This document shows positions 24,007 to 35,999 of a stretch of 64,000 nt of DNA, piece by piece (positions within the stretch are counted from its first letter, which is position 1; each line of letters opens with the position of its first letter). The notes beneath the pieces were generated by a model. The model was not told the origin of the DNA. It saw only the letters and a program-made list of their open reading frames with translations, and searched no databases. This stretch comes from Adineta vaga (Eukaryota > Animalia > Rotifera): the NCBI GenBank assembly GCA_021613535.1, contig CP075497.1:8742001-8806000 (forward strand), written 5' to 3'. A program made the translations under genes and the position numbers.

Positions 24007-24843
24007 ATGAGCTTTCGACGTTCGTCAACACGCACTAGACCACCCAAAGCAACGATTAAAATCCTTTGCGTTGGTGATGGTTCGATTGGTGAGTTGTTTT
24101 TTCTTGTTACATTAGATAAACTTTCTTTTCTATTATTCGTAGGAAAAACATGTTTATTAACTGTTTTTGCGACAAGTAAGAAAATCATCTTATCTTTTTT
24201 TCTACTTTGATTGATTAAACTGATTTTAGATGAGTTTCCAACAACTTATGAACCAACTGTGTTTGATAATTTTGCATGCGTCATGCATCGCAATGCTACG
24301 ACTTCGTATAATTTGGAATTATTCGATACAGCTGGCCAAGAAGAATGGGAACAACTACGTCGTATGATGTATGCTAATACTGATGTATTTTTAGTATGTT
24401 ATTCATGTATGCAACCATCATCATTTGATAATATTGAAAAGAAATGGATGCCTGATGTCCGTAGTCATGATCCATCAAGTCTTGTTGTACTTGTTTCACT
24501 TTGCATTGATTTACGTACACAAAACAATTCATTGAATCCTCCACCTGATCTTATATCTCCATCGATGATAACAACTCGACAAGGTGCTGAATTAGCGAAA
24601 CGTTTAAAATGTAATGCATTTGTTGAATGTTCATCTATGCTTCGTTTTCATGTTCGAGAAGTATTTGAATGTGCTATTGATGTTTATGAACGTGATTATC
24701 AATTCTTTTCGGAACAACATTGTCATGATCATCGGCAATGCCGTACTTGGTTGTGTTGTTTTATGTGTTGTTCATCAAACAAAGCCAAACAAGCTAAAAA
24801 GAAATGTGACAAGTCAGATCAATATTCTCACAAATCAGAATAA
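24007..24843 (+). CDS. Atypical Rho-family small GTPase
   Basis: Exons 24007-24088, ~24143-24176 and 24230-24843. GDGSIGKT, YEPTVFDNF, DTAGQEEW, Rho insert, ECSS. Confidence 0.9.
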
Positions 24844-25127
24844 ATAGTATTTATGCTTATGCTTTTCTTATTTGTTTTCTCTTAGTACAGTCCGGTGGTT
24901 GTGTACGTGTATGTTGTTTCCTGTTTATTTGTATTATTTTCAACTGTTTTTGTTCTTCTATCGTCATGTTTTGTCATTTATTTATGAGAAAAAAAGAAGT
25001 GAACAAATGAAAAAGAAAAATAGCACAAGACCATGAAATATAAAGAAATGTTTAGCTATGTTTACAGTAAATGAAAATATATTGAACAAAAAAGAAAACA
25101 CATATATATTTTTTGAGTAACAGATAA

Positions 25128-28028
25128 TTAATTTTGTACAGGTTCCATTTGTTTAATTTCATCGATTAATCGTCGTCCATGAGAAGGCCAGTCCATATCA
25201 CTAATACTCACACATGTAAATCGAATTCGTCGTTCATCCTGAAAAACAAATTGATTTATTCAAATGTGGACAAAGAAATTTCATTTACATTGTATTGATC
25301 AGCTTTAGCACGAAGTTTAAAAATTCGTTCATGATTCATTGCTTTTCGAACGATATCTTCAATAATACTTTCATTTTGCTAACAAAACAAACAAACAATA
25401 AAACCACAGAATTAGATTGATATGCTATAAATTGAGAAAGAAAAAGTCACTTACATTTAGTCTATGATTACCAAACTCTTCGGCTGTAACCCCGAGTAAT
25501 ATTTCAGCTTCATTACGAAATACAGTCATCCATTGAGCACCAGTTGAATCAGAAATTTCAGCCTGAAAATAAAACGTGCAATAAAATTCGGTTGAAAAGA
25601 TGTTTTCATAATTATCCATAACAGTTCACAAAAAAAGTCCTCAACAACTTATACAGAATTGAATTTTAAAGATTGTAAACAAAAATTTCTATTTATATAC
25701 GTACCGAAACCATATAAGACCATTTAAAATTATTGTATGTCTTATTACATTTTTCACATCGATACAATCCATTATTTTCATCAACAACTTTTTTACTACA
25801 TCTATCTTCTGGACACATCTATTAAACATTCAATCAATGTTATCTATTTTTAATAACTTTTTTTGAATATTTTTACCATATAAACAGCTGTATCTTTCTT
25901 AATTAATGTATTAATTGCTTTCACACTGACATAATCAGGTTTATCACCAAGACCAAGTCCTTCAGAAATAATTTGTGAAAGTGTTTTCATCGGTGCTAAA
26001 ATATAAATTTACTATCGAAACATCAAAGAAAAATCCTTTTCAAACAAACTTTGTCGATTTCCAGCATCAGCTCCTTTCGATAGATCAGGTAAATCCATTG
26101 ATTTGCCTTCATTATCAAACCAAACTCGAAGTTCAACTGTTCGTGATGTTTCAGTTGGATCTTGTCGAAGTAATGTACTATTCATACATGATAGAGTACG
26201 ACCTAAACAAAACATATAAATTGGAAATTTTTCTCTGAAATACTTGTCTGCAAAACATACCATTAAAATCACCGATTTTAATTCCTTTAAAAGCAAGTAC
26301 TTGATTTGATGATCCATCAAACTCTTCAGCCTAGAGAACAAACCATTTAGTGTCGAGTGGCAAAAAGAAATTGTCTCAATCTACTTGTTGTCCCCATAAA
26401 GTAACGGAAATTGATGCTTTTTCATCGACCAAAAGTATTTCACGTTTATTAAATTCTTTTTGTGATGCTTTACTAACAATTGTTTGCATGTCCGATGTAC
26501 TTTTAACAACACCAATTACATCTTAAATATAATTATTTAGTAAATTACTTCTTTCATTTCTCGTTTCAAAAAAGAACATTCATTTTACCACAAACACTAT
26601 TTGCTGATCGATTAGCAATTTCACTAATTGGAATAAAATTAAATTGTACGTGGGGAATATTTTCTCCTTCGCCGGCATCACAAGCTTCAATAATTGTATC
26701 ATGATTAAACGTCATTTCATAATCATTATTCGTCGTATTAAATTGTCGATTTGCTGCTTTTAATGATGCTTTAGCAATGTAATAAACCTGAATAGGAAAA
26801 TGACACGTTTTTCTCAAAATATCTAGGTAATAGTTATATTTCCTACTTCGCCAACTTCAAGCATAGAATGAAATTTATCACATTCAGCATTAAATGCCGT
26901 AGCACGAATATCACCGGACTGATCAACGAGATCACAGCTGAATAATTTACCAGGTCCACGTGCATTTTCATACGTTCGAATTGTACCTTTATTACTCACA
27001 CGAGCTTTAATTGTCCATCTACAAAAAAATTCAAATTTAAGAACGTTTCTTCGATCAAAAACTTTCACAAACTTATTCATATATGGATTAAGCGTATCAA
27101 TATTAATAATACGTTCTTTATCAAGTGCAGCGGTACCTTTCGCACCGAATCGATTATCACCATTAGGTTTTTTATGATCATCTAATGTTGGTAATGCTTT
27201 TGAACCTTGTCGAATAACATTGGTTGCTGGTGGTGCTTAAAATAAAAACAAATCATTGACTAGATGGAAATTTTCTTCTTCTATCCTCCATACCTGCAGC
27301 TGGAGTAGGTGCTGGTGCTTGATTATTATTTGTTGTTTCTAGAAAATGTTCATTTCTAGTTTTGTTGTCTCAGAAAGAATCTCTATCGTCATACCTAAAC
27401 GATTTGTATTAGCACCATCATTATTTATAATATCTGTTAATGGCAATGCTACTGGATCTCCAATTCGTTCTGCATCACTTTGTAATACTTCAAGTTCATA
27501 AAGCATTAACATTACTCTATTAAATAAGATGAATTGATGATAATTATTTCATTTTTAAGATATTTTACCGTCCATTTTGTTTATCAATTGAATTTACCAT
27601 GACGCGATCAACACGTACTATCGAATTTTCTTTTAATGATTGCATTTCAATTAATTTATTCATTTGAGTACCAAGCATACATGCTTAAAACATGAACAAT
27701 ATTTCAATTTTAATCAAATTTAAAACTAGATAATTTCTTACATGAAAATGTACTCTTGCCATCGGATAACATCAATCGAAAGCGTTTAGAAGCACCTGAT
27801 GGATCATCGGTTTTACTTTCAATTGTTTTAATACCCTAAGAAATTTAATAATGTCAATGCAATTATAATTTTTGGACTTCAATACATACAACAACTTGTA
27901 ACGTTGCTTTTTCCGTTGTATTTCCACGTAAGTAACGCTAGAAAGATCACATCATTTTAGAAATAAACATTCGTTTACAAAGTTGTCATTACCAAAAGAG
28001 CACCTGTAGTAAGACGTTGATTAGCCAT
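25128..28028 (-). CDS. RPA1: Replication protein A 70 kDa subunit, ~17 exons
   Basis: WTIKARVSNKGTIRTY, GDIRATAFN, DYEMTFN, Zn-finger CPEDRCSKKV...YRCEKCNK, ISDSTGAQWMTVF. Confidence 0.95.
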
Positions 28029-29097
28029 CTAAAATTAATGTTCGTAAGATTATTCTTTTTAAAGAAAGAAAAAGTAAGATAAACAAGATATATCTATAAA
28101 TGTAGAAAATGTATTTGTGAAAAGAAAGAAAAGAATAATTCAAACTAATAGTCAGTGTAACAAAGTATCTAGAAGAACAAAGAAATGAATTTCGTATGAA
28201 GAATAAGAATAGAAAATCTAGACGATAGGCTGATATATGCACTGAAATCGACATGTGACATTATCATATTTTGAGAAAAGAAAGAAAGAAATGAATGACT
28301 GTAGTCGAATGATATGCTTCGGAAAAGTGATCAATAGTCATCGATGTATAGAAGCGTTATATGTTCACTGAAACATATCGAGAAATCAATCAAAATCATT
28401 CCTAAAATTTTCTTAAATAATTATTTTTGAATCGAATCCATTGTGATATTTGATTTAGCAAGCAATGCTATTCTACATTGGAAAGTGTGCATATAAAATC
28501 TCTTTATAAAGACTTGCAAAGTGCTGTAGCATAGTTGAATTATTTTTTCATTGTATTTGTATAAATGAATTTATATCACGAAATTTATAGAAAAAGATTA
28601 TGAATGAAACTAGTTCTGTAGTTCGGCTTATACACTGTCAGTGCATGCATTACATTTTTTTCAAAATGGTTTGTATCATTTCTAATTTTCTTTTATTCAA
28701 AGAATCATTGTGTTCAATTCATCCATATTATTTAGTAATTACATAACTAGGCGTTAATGATAATAACGATTTTAGATTTTTCTGTCAAGAATTGAAATCA
28801 AATTTGATTGGTTTCCATCCTGTCGATCGTTTTTGTAGATGACGCTAGTGAAATTCAATATTCCTAAAAAAAAACATTTTTTTCTAATAAATATAAAATG
28901 TTCTTTCTATTTTTTATGAAATAAAAATAGTTTTATCTAATGCATAGTTGTCTTTCTCTTCTTGTATACAGATTGGTTAATAACTTTTTGTTTATTGTTG
29001 ATTTATTTATTTATTTCGTACTGTTTTTTTCCATTATTAAGTAACTTCTTCGTCTTTCTTGAATTTATTCTTTTAGAAGAAGTTTATCTATTCAAAC

Positions 29098-30289
29098 ATG
29101 TTGCCTGCTCTTCGTTCGCGTACGAGCGTGACACGTGTTGTCAATCAATTATTAGCTGCTCGTCGTCAACAAGATGCATTTCGTGTTCCAGCACAAAATT
29201 CATCCGCTGTATCTGTGCTTACAGATGAACAACGTGCACACAATCTTAAAATCTGGCCTGGTAAATATTTTACACATTAATTATTTCAATATTACACATA
29301 GTAATCGTCATAAACGAAGTAGAAAATATGTATATTGGTTTTTATACGAATGTATTGCTAAGAATTAGATTGAATAAGACTATCGATCTTTTGAGTATAA
29401 TATACATCAGTTTATGTTCATCGATTAATAGAATAGATGAAGTGTGTACTTTCCAACGACAGACTTATGATTATATAATCAATGAATTTACTTATCCCTT
29501 TAAGACTTTCATTAAACACATCAGAGTTGATTATATACTTGAAGAGTTTTTCTACCATAATCGTTACTTATCAGGAAATCCTAAATATATCAACATTCTA
29601 CACTTTATATCTGATAATTTATTACTTTTATACTCTTAATTTATACTTGTGTTCAAGGACTTAAACGAGACGAATAGTATTTACTTGTTTAGCCTTCAGA
29701 AGTGTCGACAGATATTCATTTTTCAAATGTTAAAATAATTAATTACTAGTAGACAGATACTCTTTTGTTTGACGGTGTAAATTTAATTTATTCCTTCATT
29801 CATTCATTCATTCAAGAACGATTAATATTTGTTTTGAAATAAGAAATTTCCGAAAGAACTTTCTTTTCATTAATTCTTTTGATAAAAAAACAAATTCTAT
29901 GCTATGTGTATAACATTACAGGTGTTCCTGAAACTGTTCGACCGTTACCAATTGATTATTGCCCAATTGATCCGGTTGAATTTGACAAAATAACTGATCG
30001 CTTTAGTTCACAAGTGAAAATGTGGAAATGGTTATCTTTATTAGTTGCTATCCCAGCTGTCGCTCTCTTAACATACCTCAATTTAATTGCTCCACAAGAT
30101 CATACACGTCCAGAATACAAAGATTGGGATCATTTACGCCCACGTATGAAATGGCCATTTAAAGATGGAATTCATTCACCATTTCATAGTAAATGGTTTA
30201 ATGCTATTCATTATGATGATAAAGGTTACGAAACAACTGACGCTGAATTCAGTAAAGAATTTCATCATGGTCATGGAGGCAAACATTAG
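29098..30289 (+). CDS. COX6A: Cytochrome c oxidase subunit 6A, mitochondrial precursor
   Basis: Exons 29098-29260 (Arg-rich transit peptide) and 29922-30289. KMWKWLSLLVAIPAVAL...RPEYKDWDHLR...WPFKDGIHSPFHS. Confidence 0.85.
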
Positions 30290-31689
30290 ACTAAACTAAC
30301 AAATCTTTATTTTTCTTTTCATCCATTGTCTTTTCATCTACCTATGTACTTTTCGTTTATCGATTTAACCGAATATCCAGTAGAATACCAACATTCTCTC
30401 CTTCGAGATTCCTAACTTCTGGTTGTATGTTTTAGATAAATGAATTAATTATTTGGTACACTATATTTTATAATCGACATCAACTTCTCATGGCATTTAT
30501 TTTCGAAAACAATCACTTTATGTGTTAACCCATCGTGTGGTAATATCTTTATAGATAAATGATATGGATGAAATATTACCAAAGGAATAAACTATAATGC
30601 ACTTTGAAAGGTTTTATGAGTATCATAGAAATTCAATATTTGTTACTAAAAATAATCGATTATTTTAATTAGAGTACTAATCATTTCAGCGAAATATAAT
30701 AGTTTACTTTCAAAAAAAAACTACTTAAGTATATGATGAGAATCTTTTCTATTTTTTATGTTTAGTCCAATGAAATATTAGATCAAAACAACGGAAGCAA
30801 AAAAAGAGAAAAAGAAAGAAAGAAAACGAGAGAAATATTTGAAATCCTTTTCTTTCTTTTTCTCTTTTCTGTTGTTTTTGATATTTTATTTCTCTTTCAA
30901 AGGTTTTTTAATCTGTTCTTTTCTCATAATGGTCACCAAGTAATATGAAAAACTAAGTATCTGACCTTTTTTGTGTTTTTTCTTCTTCGAAGTTTTCTTT
31001 GTCCGGAGGTATTTTTACATAAGTACAAAGAACTATACCGCGGCATTTTCTTTTCTCTTCTTTTTTTTTCGTCATATACATTCGGAAAGCTATTGTATGT
31101 AGGCGTTTATTTATTCAGGTCGTCGTCAGTCGCAAGGACATGCATAGAGGTGTATGTGCATATAGATGGATGTTTGTTCTCTTTTTAAACCTTCGCTTTA
31201 TCATTGAAAAATAGACTAGTAATATTATTTATTTATTTCGAACGAACGAACTTTCAGAATCAACAGGACATGTTGTCGTCATGATTGTGCAATACACATC
31301 ATTTTGTCGTTTTATGATTACTGATTTTGATTCCTTTTTTCTTTTCATTCTTTTAGATTATGCTAGACTCTAGACAGCACTACATTTCGAACAACCGTTC
31401 TTCCGTTTCGTCATCCGTTGAGAGCCGCAGAAAAACGCGAGCTTCTTCTATTGTTTCTCATCAAATCTCAATCGTTTCTTTATCCAAACACTACCAATTT
31501 CTTTCTATTCAACCAACTTGTCCACTTGGGCGATTATTCTCAGTGATGAATGAAACACAATCTCATTTCTACAATTAGCGAAAATAATTGAACGCAACAC
31601 AACACAACACACACAAACTTAACCACAAAGTTTTTCTCTGTTATATTTGATTTTCTATTATCTATATATTATTCCACAAACAATAATAC

Positions 31690-32617
31690 ATGGCGACCAA
31701 TAACGATCTTGATGATTTCTTTAAAAAGAAAGATCGAAAAGTAAATAAAAATAAAAAGCAAACTGGTTTATTAACAAACAATGAAGAATTACTTAAACAA
31801 TTAGGTAAAAATTTTGATTTCAGTGATTCTAAACAATAACTTTATTTATATCTATTCAGTTATTGTCACATCAGCAACATCAGCATTTAAAGAAAATTTG
31901 GATTTCGACGATGACGATGACGAAGAAACTGTTACGAATAATCATAATCGTCATCATCATATTGATGCAACAAATGGTGTACTCGAAAATAAGGAAATAA
32001 GTCATCCAGTTATGAATAAGAGTCAATCAAATTCGACATCAACTAATAGTAAAACAAAGAATACAACAAAATTATCTGTACAAGATATTAATAATGAACA
32101 ACAAACCGGTGTTGGTCAACAAGATGAATGGGAAGAATTTGAAGATTCCAATTCAAAATATCAACAATTACGTTTGAAAATTTCACGTGCTACACATGAA
32201 CAAAATAATGGCGATGAAGACGATGATAATGATGATTATTATGATGATGGACATAATCATGATGGAAATACAGATGAAAATCTTGCTGGAGAGGATGGTG
32301 ATCAACCTTCACGTAATAATCGACGACGTGAACAACAAAAAGATAAGCCTGCTTGGAAAATAGATCAAGTTAAAATAGCTGAACCATTAGCAACAACAAA
32401 TGATACAACTGATTCACCTTCAGAAAAAATTGAAGAACCAGTAGCTCAACCAAAACCAGCTACAAGTTCATCAGCATATCGACCACCAGCATTACGTAAT
32501 AATTCATCAGTTACAGTTGTTGGCCATATAAATCAACGCCCATCAAAAAAAGAAAAACCAAATTTAGCTTCAACGGAAGAATTTCCATCACTTGGAGCTG
32601 CTGTTAATAAGAAATAA
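31690..32617 (+). CDS. CDV3: CDV3 homolog
   Basis: Exons 31690-31804 and 31859-32617. Motifs DLDDFFKKKDRK, DEWEEFE, YRPPALR, EEFPSL. Confidence 0.8.
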
Positions 32618-33169
32618 GCATTGAACAGTCATCTCTATCTTTTGTCTTTGTTTCTTTTTTGCTTTGAACTTTTCATGCTTCAGTATTTAAGCCTCTCATT
32701 CCTCGCTTTATTCCTTTATTAACCCTGGTTTATTTTGTGTCGTCATCGTTGAAAGATTTTTTTCTTGTTCATTTTTTTTCCGTTTTTTTATTTTCATTTA
32801 TGATTTACTTGTTTCTTTGACTCTTCTTCTCTTCATTTATGCTTTATTTCCTAGATGCCTATACTCTCTATTTTCCCTACTTTTCCCTCCTTCACTCATT
32901 CACTCTCTCTCTCTCGCTCTCGCTCTTTGCTTCCTTCTTGTTCTGTTTTTCTCGTTATGCAAGAAAAAGAAAACCTTGTCTCTCAGTTTGGTTTCAGAAA
33001 AAAAAATATACATATAACAAAAACACATCAGTTCTCTATTTCATTCATTTTAAAACGAAACTTTGTTTGTCATGAGTCAAAAGTTTATCAAGATGACGAT
33101 AAAAAGTGATAATAATATGAAAAGTAGTTTTCTTATTTTTCTTCAACAGAAAAAAAAAGAAAGACTAAA

Positions 33170-33772
33170 ATGCATCGGTTTATTCTGATCTTTGTTTGTT
33201 TGATAAACAGTAAGTCAGAGTTTGTTTTTTTCCCAAAATGATTACATTTATTTTTCATGGGGTGTATTCCTTCACATTGATTCATTAAATATTGATTTTA
33301 TGACAAGATAAAGAAATAATACTACTTGAGAATTATTAGCTTCGAATAATCCACTATTTGAAATTTGACCATAGCAATAAATTTCGTAATTTAATTGAAA
33401 GTATCATTCAGCAACACCTGAGATGATTTTTAACAAATGTATAATTGTATGAAATCAAATTTAAGGTGTCACTTCTTCAACCGATTCGACTCAAATTCCA
33501 TCCGTCGATACTTCTTCATTTGTACAAAGCTCATCAACTGATCCAACATCTATTCAATTCACAACAAGTTTATCATCAGTACACCGGTATCAACAGATAA
33601 CTCTACTACAACAGAGCGTTCATATTACCCTGATACATACAATCCAGGAGCCATTGTTGGACTAATTATTGGTTCAATCATTTTCATTACTTTTATGACT
33701 GTTAGTTTCTATTGTATTCGTCGTCATCGATATCATTATTTACCATATTATCATAACTATCGTCCAGGCTAA
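33170..33772 (+). CDS. Small type-I membrane mucin-like protein, interrupted by a frame shift or cryptic intron (possible pseudogene allele)
   Basis: Exon 33170-33209 (MHRFILIFVCLIN) splices to 33466. An S/T-rich frame runs to ~33578, then the -1 frame gives STPVSTDNSTTTERSYYPDTYN-PGAIVGLIIGSIIFITFMTVSFYCI-RRHRY...RPG*. Confidence 0.55.
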
Positions 33773-34865
33773 CTTATTGTCTCGTTTTTCTCTAGTCTTT
33801 TGTAATAAATCATTTACCTGTAAAACTTTGAACATTACAAATGTCTTATTTCATAAATAGTTAAACTGAAACAAGACACTTTAATGATCTTTAAATTTGA
33901 GATATGATCCATATAATAAATTATAGTACATATAAAAAAAATCATGTCATTATATTGGCGTATAAAAAATACCGATAGATACTCACATTCATGAGAAGTT
34001 TGAACTAGTATGAAAGTTCTGTCTTGATTCATATCGCTGTGTTGTGCACTCTACTTATACAAGATTTGATTATATACATCTTTTATTCGTTTCGAATTTA
34101 TATCTTCGAAAAGGATAATTTGAAAAAATGATTGATATTTTCATTGTGCTTTAAACTATAATCTGTTCTCTTTAAAGTATCTATTCTATTGTAAAAAAGA
34201 TATATGCCTTGGATTCTAGATGTTTCAATCACATGATTGTATTGGAATTTGCTCTCTGCTCTTTTTCTTTACATTATTGCATTTACTTCCTTCATTCCGT
34301 ATTTTGTCTTTGAAGTAATCTATTCACATTCAATTACATAAAGTTATTCGATCTGAAGGAAAGACTAGATATAATTACCCTTTAGATTTTCTCTTATTAT
34401 TCTTTTTCTCCTTCCTTTCTGAGATGTAACGCCTACAAGATCAAAAAGACGTATCACGATAAAGGATGCTCTATAACTGTGCATATACCTGACTATGACG
34501 GTTGACTTGAAGAACAGAAAAAGTTCGTTCTTAAACACACCAAAAGAAAAAAAAGTAAGAATAGTGAATCAAAACCGAATACTAATCGTGACGTACATAT
34601 ACGAACGCTAAGCGAAACATATATATATATCGTATATATCAATACACCTACATGAATGTGAATCATATTCCATGTTGACACATGAGGACGGGTTCGTAAC
34701 ACTTAAATATAATAGAACGAACGACTGAGAAAAAAGATTCGAATAATAAAAAAGAACTCCAGACTTGCATCGCACATTTTATCTAAGGTAAGTAAATGAT
34801 ACTTATGATTTCTTTTTTTCTAATTTCTTATTTCTTTCCTAGATATCTGATCAACAAGAGCATTC

Positions 34866-35999
34866 ATGTCAAATAATATTCAGCACCCATCATCAATACC
34901 AAAACTCGTTATGCCGCTAGGCAATGGTTCCCCATCGCATCAAAATAGAACTTTTACTACGCAAAATTCATCACAAATTAAGTCAAATCATCAGTCCGAT
35001 GACGACGATGATGGTGGTATTCGTTCAACAAAAATTGCAAAACAAAAACAAGAAGCTGTGGATAAGAAAATGAAAAAAGATGAATTAAAAAAGAAGAAAC
35101 AAAAGATTTTAATTGATGATCTTCCTGATGAAGATGAAGATGGTGGAATATCATCAAATCCAAAAGACAAAGTAAAACCAACGAAAACAAAGAAAAAAGC
35201 TTCACTTCCACTATGTTTTCGACATAATGATGATGAGAATGAAGATGAAGATGGTGGTGTATCTAAACAAAAACTTGCGGCAGCCGAAAAGAAAAAACAA
35301 GCAGCAGAAGAGAAAAAGAAGAAGAAAGAACAAAAAAAAGCGCTTAAAAACAAAACTGACGATGAGAATGAAGATGATGGTGTACCACATCGTCAAATAT
35401 CAGACAATGATGCAAAACCAAAGAAAAATGTTCCAAAAGAAGAAGAAGTTATTGAACATGATGATGAAGATGAAGATGGTGGTCGTATTGTTAAAACTTA
35501 TGATACAATTAAAACGATAATGTCATCGAAACGACCTGTCTTACATGATCAAACATCAAAAACGAAATCACCGAACAATAACACAGATGATGATACTAAA
35601 AAATCACCTAAAGAGAAGAAAAAGACCACATCAACATCCTCTGACACTGTTAGTCACATCATATTAAAACCAACTATTCCTGTCGAAAAGAAAAAACCTA
35701 AAGAATCTATTGGTGAACTTACATTTGAAGCAATATCAAGTGATGAAGATGAGCCTCATCGATCAACAACAAATGATTCTTCAACAACAGATTTTGACAT
35801 TACAAATGAGAATAAGATAAATCTTCTACGATCATTATCATATCGTAAAGCTCAAAACCGTTCACCACCAACTGTTACACGCCGATCAGAGATTTTTGCA
35901 TCATTAGAAAATACATCAACGAATGAAAATGAGAATGGTACAAGTCAACCATCTAACGATCATCATCCCGATTCAGACACAGAACAAATTCAGTCATGA
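34866..35999 (+). CDS. Disordered Lys/Asp/Glu-rich protein with DEDEDGG repeats
   Basis: 377-aa single coding exon preceded by a 5'UTR intron (34788-34842). Five D/E-rich-GG units alternate with Lys-rich blocks. Confidence 0.75.
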   Translation: MSNNIQHPSSIPKLVMPLGNGSPSHQNRTFTTQNSSQIKSNHQSDDDDDGGIRSTKIAKQKQEAVDKKMKKDELKKKKQKILIDDLPDEDEDGGISSNPKDKVKPTKTKKKASLPLCFRHNDDENEDEDGGVSKQKLAAAEKKKQAAEEKKKKKEQKKALKNKTDDENEDDGVPHRQISDNDAKPKKNVPKEEEVIEHDDEDEDGGRIVKTYDTIKTIMSSKRPVLHDQTSKTKSPNNNTDDDTKKSPKEKKKTTSTSSDTVSHIILKPTIPVEKKKPKESIGELTFEAISSDEDEPHRSTTNDSSTTDFDITNENKINLLRSLSYRKAQNRSPPTVTRRSEIFASLENTSTNENENGTSQPSNDHHPDSDTEQIQS

